Of a stretch of DNA of 64,000 bases, positions 1 to 9,000 are shown piece by piece. The notes under the pieces are model-generated. The model ran no database searches and was not told the origin of the DNA. It saw nothing but the letters and a program-made list of their open reading frames with translations. This DNA comes from an uncultured Eubacteriales bacterium (GTDB lineage Bacteria > Bacillota > Clostridia > Oscillospirales > Acutalibacteraceae): the NCBI GenBank assembly GCA_934667845.1, contig CAKUMQ010000009.1, positions 1,369 through 65,368 on the forward strand. Reading direction: 5' to 3'. The position numbers and the translations under genes are program-made. Every line of letters starts with the position of its first letter. Positions within the stretch are counted from its first letter, which is position 1.

Positions 1-936
1 GGTCGTCAGGACGGAGGCGACCTGAAAAGCGGCGTGGCGGACGGATTCGCCGAAAGAGGCGTATACCGCGCGGATATTGAAGGTGATCAGCACGGTGCTG
101 ACCAGAAAAATGCCGAGATAGCAAAAGGTCTCGCCGCTTTTGGCGACGTTGCGGAAGCGGCGGAGCAGCAACAGGTAGTAGATGTTGAAATTGATGCCGA
201 ACAGCAGCATAAACACGGTCACGACCCATTGCAGATACGGGCTGTAACCGGCAAGGCTGTCCGCCTTGATGCCGAAGCCGCCGGTACCGGCGGTGCCGAG
301 CGCGTGCAGCACGCTGTCAAACAGCGGCATGCCGCCCGCAAGCAGGAAAATGACCTGCAGGACGGTCAGCGCGATATAGATAAGGTAGAGGATCTTGGCG
401 GTGGCGTGGATGCGGGGGGTGATCTTGCCCACAACGGGGCCGGGCATCTCCGCCCGCATGATGTGGATGGTGCGCCCCGAGCCGGAGGGGAAGATCGCCA
501 TCATCAGCACGAGGATGCCCATGCCGCCGAGCCAGTGGGTAAATGTGCGCCAGAAGAGCAGCCCGTGGCTCATGGCTTCCACATCCGTCAGGATGGACGC
601 ACCGGTTGTGGTGAAGCCGCTGACCGTCTCGAAAAACGCGTCGACATAGGAGGGGATCTCCCCGGCAAATACAAAGGGGAGCGCCCCGATCGCCGAGAGC
701 AGGATCCAGGCGAGCGCGGTGATGACAAAGCCCTCGGGGGCGTAGATCACGGTGTTTTTCGGGCGGAAAGGCAGCGTCATGCCGCACCCTACGGCAGCGG
801 CGATGGCGGCGGTGATCAGCAGCGGAACAAGGCAGGCTTCGCCGTAAAGTGCGGCGACCAGAACGGGGAGCAGCAGCAGCACGGCTTCAAGCCGGACGAT
901 GCGCCCGACCATATACAGGATCATTCTGTGGTTCAT
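1..936 (-). CDS. trkH: K+ uptake membrane subunit, TrkH/KtrB family, partial (C-terminus runs off the left edge)
   Basis: Absent from the ORF track because it is open to the window edge. Hand translation of the minus strand from ATG 936 gives MNHRMILYMVGRIVRLEAVLLLLPVLVAALYGE...FETVSGFTTTGASIL...HALGTAGTGGFG. This is 312 codons with no stop. The product is multi-pass hydrophobic with TrkH-type pore-loop glycine motifs. The start lies 20 nt downstream of the trkA stop. Confidence 0.85.
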   Translation of the reverse strand, partial: MNHRMILYMVGRIVRLEAVLLLLPVLVAALYGEACLVPLLITAAIAAAVGCGMTLPFRPKNTVIYAPEGFVITALAWILLSAIGALPFVFAGEIPSYVDAFFETVSGFTTTGASILTDVEAMSHGLLFWRTFTHWLGGMGILVLMMAIFPSGSGRTIHIMRAEMPGPVVGKITPRIHATAKILYLIYIALTVLQVIFLLAGGMPLFDSVLHALGTAGTGGFGIKADSLAGYSPYLQWVVTVFMLLFGINFNIYYLLLLRRFRNVAKSGETFCYLGIFLVSTVLITFNIRAVYASFGESVRHAAFQVASVLTT

Positions 937-956
937 ACGCTTTGTCTTGCCACCCC

Positions 957-2315
957 TTATCGCAAAATGTCCGAAAGCTCGCGCAGCTTGCGGTCGGCAG
1001 CCAGAACAACGACCCGGTCGCCCGGCAGGATCACATCGTCGCCGCCGGGGATGATCGCCTGACGGTTGCGGATGATACCGGCGATCAGGATGTTCGGCTT
1101 GAGGGTGAGGTCACGCAGCGTCACGCCGAGTATGTTCGACTCGCTGCCGACAATGAATTCGAGCGCCTCCGCTTTGCCGTCCATGAGCTGGTAGAGCGTC
1201 TCGATATTGCTGTCGAGGGAGTTTTGCAGCGCGCGGGCATAGCGCACGACCAGATCGGAGACATATTTCTGCGGGGAGATCAGCGAATCCAGCCCGAGCT
1301 GCTCGGCAATGGAGGCGAGCTCGCCGCGGTTGACCTTGGACATGACTTTCGGCACCTTCATCGACGCGGCAAAGAACGAGATCAGGATATTTTCCTCGTC
1401 CATGCCCGTCAGCGCGAGGAAAGCGTCCTGACTCGGCAGCCCCTCCTCCAAAAGCAGCTCCTGCCGGGCGCCGTCGCCCTGCACAATGACCGCCTTGGGC
1501 AGCGACTCGCACAGCTCATGGCAGAGGCGCTCGTCCTTTTCGATGATCTTCACGGAGATGCCGCTTTCCGACAGCATCCGCGCCAGATAGATGGCGGTGC
1601 GGCTGCCGCCGAGCAGCATGACGCGGCGGCACTGCTTCTGCATCAGCCCGATCTCCCGCAGCAGCTTCTGGATCTCGGTGAGGGTGGCGGTGATGCCGAT
1701 GCGGTCGCCGCCGTGCAGCACAAACTGACCGTCCGGAATGAACACCTCGTCGCCGCGCTGCACCACGCAGATGAGGAATTTGGCGCGGGAGCGGCTGCGC
1801 AGGTCGATAATGCGCACGCCGTCAAGCGACGAGTCCGGCTTGAGCTTCAGCTCCACCATCTCGAAGTTCAGCCGGGAGAACGTCTCGATCTTGACGGCGG
1901 AGGGAAATTTGAGCAGCTTGCACAGCTCGCCCGCCGCCATCATCTCGGGGTTGATCAGCATGGACAGATCAAGCTGCTGTTTCATAAAACGCAGATCGCG
2001 CTCGTTATGCTCGGGGTTGCGCACGCGGGCGATGGTGTGGGCGGCGCCCATACGCTTGGCGAGGAAGCAGCCGAGCAGATTCGCCTCGTCAGACCCCGTG
2101 GCGGCGATGAACAGATCGGTGCGGGCGACACCCGCCTCGCCGAGGATCTCGCAGTTGCTGACGCTGCCGCAGACGGTCATAACGTCGTAGATGTTGGACA
2201 GATCGGACAGCACGGCGGGGTCGGTATCGAGCGCGGTGACATCGTGCCCCTCCGATACGAGATCGGAGAGCACAGCCGTGCCGATCTTGCCGCATCCGGC
2301 AATCAGAATATTCAT
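957..2315 (-). CDS. trkA: K+ uptake NAD-binding regulatory subunit TrkA (two tandem RCK halves)
   Basis: 452 aa. MNILIAGCGKIGTAV is a GxGxxG Rossmann motif, and a second half begins VMLLGGSRTAIYLARML. An AGG RBS sits 9 nt upstream of ATG 2315. Confidence 0.9.
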   Translation of the reverse strand: MNILIAGCGKIGTAVLSDLVSEGHDVTALDTDPAVLSDLSNIYDVMTVCGSVSNCEILGEAGVARTDLFIAATGSDEANLLGCFLAKRMGAAHTIARVRNPEHNERDLRFMKQQLDLSMLINPEMMAAGELCKLLKFPSAVKIETFSRLNFEMVELKLKPDSSLDGVRIIDLRSRSRAKFLICVVQRGDEVFIPDGQFVLHGGDRIGITATLTEIQKLLREIGLMQKQCRRVMLLGGSRTAIYLARMLSESGISVKIIEKDERLCHELCESLPKAVIVQGDGARQELLLEEGLPSQDAFLALTGMDEENILISFFAASMKVPKVMSKVNRGELASIAEQLGLDSLISPQKYVSDLVVRYARALQNSLDSNIETLYQLMDGKAEALEFIVGSESNILGVTLRDLTLKPNILIAGIIRNRQAIIPGGDDVILPGDRVVVLAADRKLRELSDILR

Positions 2316-2432
2316 GAATGACGACCTTTCTCATACGGCGAGTAACCGATACGGGGCGTACATTTTGCACCCGTGATTACTCTGTGTATACCCTTTTCAG
2401 TCCCTCTTCGGCAAAGTGAGCCGACGAAAGCC

Positions 2433-2461
2433 ATTGTAGCACAAACTTTGTCAAGTTGCAA
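2433..2461 (-). promoter_or_regulatory. Sigma-A promoter for trkA-trkH
   Basis: The minus strand reads TTGCAA (2461-2456), 17 nt spacer, TACAAT (2438-2433), with a TGc extended -10. It leaves a leader of about 110 nt. Confidence 0.55.
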
Positions 2462-2480
2462 CCCTTGTTTGCCGACGGAC

Positions 2481-2521
2481 GAAAAAGTGCCCTGCCTGTC
2501 CGCCGCGGACAGGCAGGGCAC
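2481..2521 (-). terminator. Rho-independent terminator of the repeat-lipoprotein gene
   Basis: A perfect 15-bp stem, GTGCCCTGCCTGTCC-gccgc-GGACAGGCAGGGCAC, is followed on the minus strand by TTTTT. Confidence 0.85.
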
Positions 2522-2538
2522 GGAAAAAAGCGGGAGGC

Positions 2539-4830
2539 TCAGCCGATGCCGCCGCGCTTTTTCGCGGTTTCCCAGAAGCTGAAGCGGGGGGCGGCGGGTG
2601 TTTCACGGGTGACGGAATAATCGAGGCACACGCCGCCCATCTGTGCCGTATCGGAACGAAGTTCGTTGTCGGCGGGAAGGAATCCGACCTGCGAGGAGAT
2701 ATAGTAATCCGAGCCGCCCGCGTCGATGAAGTAGCCGCCGCGGCCGTAGCCCCAGCACAGGGAGCCGCCGGCGTAGAAGTCGTTTCCGGCGGTGTCGATA
2801 AAGACGGCGTAGGTCGTCTCCTGCTTATCGACATCCTTGCCGTCGCCGCGGCCGTCATAGTAGGAGTCGGCGCAGCCGAACGCGGTCTGTGAGGCGGTGT
2901 AGATATCGTCGCCGCCGTCGTTGATGAACAGGGCGGTGCCGTGATCCCAGACAAAGCCGACCGAAGCGCCGTCTCCCGCATAGATGCCGCGGGAGGAGAC
3001 GTCATGCTCGTCGTCGCCGCCGACGTCGATCAGCGCCGCTGCGCCGTAGTGGGCGACGCTCGACTGGGAGTAATAGCTGCTGTGGTATTTGTCGTTGCCC
3101 GCGCCGTCAAAGAGGAAACCGATGCCGCTCCAGTAGCCGACGCCCTGCACCCAGATCGCGCCGGTGTAGGTGTCGTCGCCCGCAAGGTCGATCAGCCCGG
3201 CAATGCCGCCCGCGACGCCCCGGTTGCCGGTGCTTACCACGCGCTGCCCCCAGCCGCAGCCCTGCGACCAGTTGCCGTTGACGCCGGGGAACTGGCTGTA
3301 GCCCAGTCTCTCATACCCCTTTACCACGCCGTAGGCGGTTTCGTAGGTATCGTTTCCGGCGCTGTCGATCAGATAGCACATGGCGCGCGTACCGGCAGAC
3401 GCCTGCGCAAAGGCGTAGGCGTCGTAACTGTCCCTGCCCGCCGTGTCCGCCAGCACGGCAAGGCCGTACAGCCCGGCGGCCTGACCGGTAACGTGGCAGG
3501 TGTAAGTGTCGTTGCCCTTGCCGTCGAACAGCACGCCGACGCCGAGCAGGGCGCAGCCCTGGGCAAGCCGCTCAGCGGTGTAGGTGTCATTGCCCGCCAT
3601 ATCGAACAGGAGGCCGGTGCCGAGCACGCCTGCGCCCTGGGAGGGGCCGTCCGCGGCACCGGCGGTGTAGGTGTCGTCGCCCGCAAGGTCGATAACGACC
3701 GAGAGCGGGTGCCTGCGGGAGCTGCCGGCGGCGACACGGCCCTTATAGGTGTCGTTGCCTGCCGGGTCAATGAGCAGCAGCGCGTCCGGGGAGGAATAGG
3801 TGTCCTTCCCGGTCGTGCCGAATACGAGGTTCCCGGCAGGGGTCGGTACGGTCAGCGCCTTGTTGCCCGCAGTGACGGCTTTTCCCGCGGCGAGTGCGCG
3901 GGCAAGCTCGCCCGTGGCTTTCACCAGAGCGGTCCCGGCGCGCAAAAGCTCCTCTTCCGATACCTTTTTGCTCAGCGCAGCCATGCGGGCGAGCAGCGCG
4001 GTGTCGCTGCTGGCGGGGGTGCAGTAGGCAAAGCTGCACAGCGCTTTGAAGTCGTCGTCCGTGACGGAGGAAAGCTGTGCGGCGGTAAGCGAGTACGCAT
4101 AGGCGGCGGCACTGAGCCATTTGGCGACCGGCGCCTTGACGTCGGCGGCAAGCGCGGCCGCCTGCTTTTGGGCGGCGGCAAGGGAGGCGCTGTCGCCCGC
4201 CGCCTCAAACAGTGCGGCGAGCGCCCGGTCGATATCGGTATACACGGTATAGGAGGCGGAGACGTCGCGCTTGAAGCCGTAGGATTTTACCGCGGACAGG
4301 CAGAATGTGTCCAGCCCCGCAGAGGTGCTTCTGATGCCGGCGGCGAGCTTGCGGCTGCCGAGCACATACGGCGCAGTTTCCAGCGGGTCACTGTGCAGAA
4401 GGCTGTAATCGGCAAAGGGACGTTCGCCGATGGCTACGGCGGTCTGCCCTTTCAGCCCGGTACCCTTATAGCCGGAGGCGTCGATCACCTTGTCCATGAG
4501 ATCCACCGTGCCGAAGGCGGCAAAGGTGGTGGCAGCCGTGCGGGTCGACGAGGCGGCGGGCTGCTGCCGCGCGGTCGTGCCGCCGTTTGGGCGGGAATTA
4601 CCGGCGGAGGCGGCGGGGCGGCTCCCCGCTGCGGTCGTTTCTGCGGCGGAGCTGTCGGCGGACGGTTCCGTATGGGAGCCGTCCGGCGCGGATGCCGTCT
4701 TCGAGACGGCGGTGGTCGGTGTCTCCGGATCCGGAGCGGAGTCGTCCTGCGGGTCATTGACGGCGCAGGCGCTGCAAAGCAGCACTGCCGCCGCGAGGGC
4801 GGCGATCAGGGACAGCGGGAGGCGTTTCAT
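2539..4830 (-). CDS. Secreted or lipid-anchored repeat protein of unknown function (RTX-like D-x-[AG]-G-[ND]-D-x-Y repeats)
   Basis: 763 aa. It has a signal peptide with Cys (AAVLLCSAC), then an S/A/T/P-rich linker (aa 25-105), then an Ala-rich helical region. At least 12 spaced copies of [LIF][IF]D-x-[AG]G[ND]D-x-Y follow (aa 337-710), e.g. LIDPAGNDTY, IDLAGDDTY, FDMAGNDTY, FDGKGNDTY, IDSAGNDTY, FDGAGNDKY, IDTAGNDFY. The gene is monocistronic with its own terminator. Confidence 0.8.
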   Translation of the reverse strand: MKRLPLSLIAALAAAVLLCSACAVNDPQDDSAPDPETPTTAVSKTASAPDGSHTEPSADSSAAETTAAGSRPAASAGNSRPNGGTTARQQPAASSTRTAATTFAAFGTVDLMDKVIDASGYKGTGLKGQTAVAIGERPFADYSLLHSDPLETAPYVLGSRKLAAGIRSTSAGLDTFCLSAVKSYGFKRDVSASYTVYTDIDRALAALFEAAGDSASLAAAQKQAAALAADVKAPVAKWLSAAAYAYSLTAAQLSSVTDDDFKALCSFAYCTPASSDTALLARMAALSKKVSEEELLRAGTALVKATGELARALAAGKAVTAGNKALTVPTPAGNLVFGTTGKDTYSSPDALLLIDPAGNDTYKGRVAAGSSRRHPLSVVIDLAGDDTYTAGAADGPSQGAGVLGTGLLFDMAGNDTYTAERLAQGCALLGVGVLFDGKGNDTYTCHVTGQAAGLYGLAVLADTAGRDSYDAYAFAQASAGTRAMCYLIDSAGNDTYETAYGVVKGYERLGYSQFPGVNGNWSQGCGWGQRVVSTGNRGVAGGIAGLIDLAGDDTYTGAIWVQGVGYWSGIGFLFDGAGNDKYHSSYYSQSSVAHYGAAALIDVGGDDEHDVSSRGIYAGDGASVGFVWDHGTALFINDGGDDIYTASQTAFGCADSYYDGRGDGKDVDKQETTYAVFIDTAGNDFYAGGSLCWGYGRGGYFIDAGGSDYYISSQVGFLPADNELRSDTAQMGGVCLDYSVTRETPAAPRFSFWETAKKRGGIG

Positions 4831-4947
4831 CGGAAGTTTTTCCTTTCTTTGTATTTTGGGAAAACAGCAAAAGAAAAAGCGAACGACGGGGGCTGATGAT
4901 ACAAAACGTATAATTTCGATGTAAAGCTACAATTTGTATATGCCGAC

Positions 4948-5000
4948 CGGATATTTAATATCCGATAAACCAGTATGTCATCTAAACCAATATGTCATCG
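4948..5000. repeat. 17-bp palindrome followed by a tandem 17-bp direct repeat in an intergenic region
   Basis: The palindrome is CGGATAT-tta-ATATCCG (4948-4964). The direct repeats are AAACCAGTATGTCATCT (4967-4983) and AAACCAATATGTCATCG (4984-5000), with 15 of 17 positions identical. Confidence 0.8.
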
Positions 5001-5328
5001 GGGCATAGGCGCTTCCTCGCTGTCGGGGTGACGGTGCATGGTAAAATATGCAGCGGCTTTTTGTCTGTACATCCATTATACCATGCGGAAAATTAAACTT
5101 CAACCGCATTCTTCTGAACGGATACGGCAAATGTCCCGGCGGGGGCGACCCCGTCATCTGCGCAAAAAACATGTCCGTTTCACTGTTTGCTGCACCGGAA
5201 AGCCCGGCACCTCTGATTTGCAGCAGCTGGCAGCCTGTCTTTTTCGCCGATCGTGCCGTCGGGACATGTCATACAATTTGCGAATACCTGCCGTACATTG
5301 GGGGAACAGGGAAAGTGAAAATGGCATA

Positions 5329-5357
5329 TTGACAAGACTTTGTCAAAGTGATATACT
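5329..5357 (+). promoter_or_regulatory. Sigma-A promoter for mgtC with a palindrome over the -35
   Basis: TTGACA (5329-5334), 17 nt spacer, TATACT (5352-5357). The sequence TTGACAAgactTTGTCAA (5329-5346) is a perfect 7-bp inverted repeat. Confidence 0.55.
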
Positions 5358-5404
5358 GTTAACAGAAAAAATTCAGCTATTTTCCATGGAATGGAGGAGA
5401 ATTT

Positions 5405-6082
5405 GTGTTACAAATCTGGGAGAGGCTGACGGAGTTCAATGCGCTGTCGGTGGCGGTGCGGCTGCTGCTCGCCTGCCTGCTCGGCGGACTGATCGGGCTT
5501 GAGCGCGGGCGGCACGGGCGCGCGGCGGGACTGCGCACGCATATCCTCGTGTGCATCGGCGCGGCGATGACTTCGCTGATGAGCCTGTATGTGTCCTGTC
5601 AATTGGGCATTACCGGAGATGTGTTCCGTATTCCGGCGCAGGTCATCTCGGGCATCGGTTTTCTGGGTGCGGGCACCATTCTCGTGCGCAACAAATCGGT
5701 GGTCACGGGGCTGACGACGGCGGCGGGCGTGTGGTGCACCGCGTCGATCGGCGTGGCGGTCGGCTACGGGTTTTATGAGGGCGCGCTGATCTGCGCAGTG
5801 GTCGCCGTCATCACGACGAGCCTGCTGACGCTTCTGGAGATCAACCAGAAAAAGCTGGTCTACTTTTATGTTGAGCTGGAGGACGCGACGCAGACGACGC
5901 AGGTGGTGCGCGAGCTGCGGGCGCGGCTGCCGGAGATCAACAAGGTGGACGTGGCGACCGCCAAGAGCGGACGGGCGGGCGCGATCGCGCTGATCATATC
6001 GCTCAACCGCGTGGCGGACGAGGAGCACTATCTCGGGATATTCGAAGAGCAGAGCGGCGTGGTGTTCGCCGTCGCGGAATAA
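5405..6082 (+). CDS. mgtC: MgtC/SapB family membrane protein
   Basis: 225 aa with a GTG start 7 nt after GGAGGAG. The N-terminal hydrophobic domain carries LLGGLIGLERGRHGRAAGLRTHILVCIGAA, typical of MgtC. A soluble ACT-like tail follows. Confidence 0.85.
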   Translation: MLQIWERLTEFNALSVAVRLLLACLLGGLIGLERGRHGRAAGLRTHILVCIGAAMTSLMSLYVSCQLGITGDVFRIPAQVISGIGFLGAGTILVRNKSVVTGLTTAAGVWCTASIGVAVGYGFYEGALICAVVAVITTSLLTLLEINQKKLVYFYVELEDATQTTQVVRELRARLPEINKVDVATAKSGRAGAIALIISLNRVADEEHYLGIFEEQSGVVFAVAE

Positions 6083-6097
6083 AAGGAGAGGAAACCT

Positions 6098-9000
6098 ATG
6101 ACAGCGGAAGAACTGCTGAAGGCACGCGCCGAAGCGCTGGGCAGCGCGGTGCAGAGCCGGTCGGACAACGGAAATTGGAGCTATGTCCTCAATCGCGGCG
6201 AAACGCCGGAGGAAGCGGCGTTCGCTCCGGTGACGGGGACGTTTTTCCCGGCGGTCGAGGGCGATGTGCTGTGGCTGCGCACGGCGTATACCGTGCCGGA
6301 GCGGGCCGAGGACCTGCCGATTGCGGGCGAACGGATCTACCTGACCTCCAACGTGTTCATTTGCGCCGGAACGGTCTGGATCGACGGCGAAAAGGTGTTT
6401 GACGTCCCCTACTGGATGGACATCACCCGCCCGGACGTGACGGTGGCGGAAAAGGCGGAGCCGGGGCGGACGCACACGGTCTGCATCCGGCTGACGCTGC
6501 CGCGGCTGTTCACGGGCGACGGCTTTCACTATCTCGCGCATATCGGCTGCCAAGCGGCGGATGACCTCGCCTTTTCCGTTGCGGCATTTTCCGAGGAGCT
6601 GCGCTATGCCGCGTCGCTGCCCGGCACGCAGGAGACGCTTGACGGCATCCGCCGGGAGCTGTGCACGCGGATCGCGGACTGCCCCGCCTCGGGGCTGTCC
6701 GCGCTGCTGGCATCGCTTCGGGCGCGATTTGAGCCGTTTCGCGCCGCCGCCAAGGCGCACACGGTGCACCTGGTGGCGCATTCCCATATCGACATCGACT
6801 GGCAGTGGGACCGCGAGGACACCTATAACGTGGCGCGCGGCAATTTTGCCACAATGACCGCCATCATGGACGAGAATCCCGATTTCCGGTTTTCCCAGAG
6901 TCAGCCTGCTCTGTACCACTTTGTGGAGGAGCGGTGGCCGGAGCTGTTTGCCAAAATGCAGGAGGCGACGGCACGGGGCAGCTGGGACTGCTCCAATGCG
7001 GCGCGCTGGGTGGAGTCTGACCTCAATATGGTGGACGGCGAGTCGCTTGCGCACGGGCTGCTCTACGGCAAGCGGTACATCCGCGAAAAGTTCGGAAAAG
7101 AGCCGTGCGTCTGCCATGAGCCGGACACGTTCGGCCATCCGCGCACGCTGCCGCAGTTTCTGCGCAAGGCGGGCGTGAGCTATTTCTTCCACATGCGGGG
7201 CGAGGCATCGCACATCGTCCACTGGTTCCGCGCGCCGGACGGCAGCACGCTGCTGGCGGTGGCGGATCAGCACAAGGGCGTGCTCGAGATCCCGCGGCTG
7301 ATCAATAACGCGCTGCGCTATGAGCGGGAGTGCCGCCTGCACGATTCGCTGTATATGTTCGGCGTCGGCGACCACGGCGGCGGACCGAGCCGCCAGGACA
7401 TCGCGCGGCTTGCGCGGCTGAACGAAAGCCCGATGATGCCGTGCCTGCAATTTTCCACGCTCGAGGACTTTTTCGACGCCGTGCATGAGCAGGCGGCTTC
7501 GGCGGATATCGCGACGCTGGACGGTGAGCTGGGGCCGGTGTTCGAGGGCTGCTACACCTCCCATGCGGATATGAAGGATGCGCACCGGCGGCTGGAGAAC
7601 CGTCTGCTGCAGGCGGACGCGGTCAACTTCCTGCGGGTGCAGGCGGGGCTGCCGGCGGATACCGCCGCCGTCGAGGCGCTGTGGAAGTTGCTGCTGGAAT
7701 TCCAGTTCCACGACACCATCTGCGGCTGCTCGGTGCATGCGACCTATGAGCGGGATGTGCCGCTTGCGGAGGAGGCGTGCGCCGCGCTGGATGCCTATAT
7801 CGACAAGGCGCTGCGCGAGTTGTCGGGCGCAAACGGCGATCCCGACCGCGTGGCGGTGTGGAACCTCTGCCCGTTTGAGCGGGACGAGCCGGTGCGGCTC
7901 GACCGCGCGGACGTGCACCCCGCCGACGCGGACGGCAAGCCGCTGCCCTGTCAGCTGATCGACGGCGGCGTGTGGTTTATCGCCGAAAAGCTGCCGCCGC
8001 TTAGCAAGCGCGAGTACCGGCTGCTGCCCGGCGCGCCGGAGGCGGAGCCGCTGCCCGGGACCTGGGACTGCGCCGTGGAGACGGCGGCATTTTCCTTCCG
8101 GCTGCACCCGCAGTACGGCATCATCGAGCGGATGACGGACAAGCGCGGCGGGCAAAAGCCGGTGTTTGAGCGGGATTTCACCGCCGAGGCGCGGTCGGGA
8201 TATACCTACAATTATGACAACGGCGTGCTGCATCTCGACTACGAGCTGCCGCACCCGCGCTCCGCCTGGATCATCGGGCCGGTCGCCCGCCGCGAGACGC
8301 TGCTGGAGGCGAAGCCGCGGCTTATTGCCCGCGGCGCGGTCGCCGATGTGGTCGAGGTCACGCGTAAGGGCGGGCACTCGACGTTTGTGCAGCGGATGTG
8401 GTTTTATAAATCGCTGCCCCGCGTGGATTTCTTCACCGATGCCGACTGGCAGGAGCAGGGCACGCCGGACAGCGCCGCGCCGATGCTGCTGTTTTCGCTG
8501 CATCCCGAGCTGACGGGGCAGATCCGCGCCCGCTTTTCCGTCCCCGGCGGCGTGCATGAAAAAGCGCCGGACGGGCTGGCGCACGCCTGCTTAAGCTGGG
8601 CGGACGTGTCGGATGAGAACTACGGCTTCACGCTCTGCAACGACAACAAATACGGCTGCACCGTATCGGGCGCCACGCTGTCGATGCACTGCCTGCGCTC
8701 CTCCTATCAGCCGGATAAAATTGCCGACATCGGCAGCCACCGCTTTGCTTTTGCGCTGTATCCCCATGCGGGGGACTGCCGCCCGGACAAAGCGGCGCGG
8801 CAGGGGCGGGCGTTTAACAGCCCCGTGCGCCTGACGCCGGCGGGAGACGCCGTGCCGTCAGGGCTGTGCCTGCATGCCGACGGCGCCGTTATCGGCGGCG
8901 TCAAGCCGGGCGAGGACGGCGGCGCGGTGGTGCGGCTGTACGACGTCTGCGGCAGGGGCGGACGGTTCCTGCTGACCCTGGCCGCCCCGGTCAAAGCGGC

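Noticed and set aside
2316-2432. Possible c-di-AMP (ydaO-type) riboswitch in the roughly 110-nt trkA leader, since K+ transporters are frequent targets.
   Set aside because: The leader is GGCTTTCGTCGGCTCACTTTGCCGAAGAGGGACTGAAAAGGG...CACGGGTGCAAAATGTACGCCCCGT.... It lacks the conserved GGGGACCCA, GGUGAAUCC and CCCGAAUCC-type blocks and the pseudo-twofold layout as I remember them. Only a covariance-model scan could settle it.
34-4896. Plus-strand ORFs 34-1062, 849-2321 and 2941-4896.
   Set aside because: They are antisense to trkH, trkA and the repeat lipoprotein. Their composition is biased (R, G, A, D, H), with no recognisable domains or start context.
5048-5332. A 94-aa Cys-containing ORF (also 5038-5502) in the lipoprotein/mgtC intergenic region.
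   Set aside because: It has no RBS. Its codon usage is unlike neighbouring genes. It overlaps the mgtC promoter, and its sequence has no recognisable fold. I treat the region as non-coding.
5358-5404. M-box (Mg2+) riboswitch upstream of mgtC.
   Set aside because: The distance from the predicted -10 to the start codon is only about 45 nt. That is far too short for the roughly 160-nt M-box, and no matching conserved segments occur further upstream.
5408-8584. A 1058-aa minus-strand ORF opposite mgtC and the first GH38 gene.
   Set aside because: For the same reason: an Arg/Pro/His-rich antisense frame overlapped by two confidently recognised genes.
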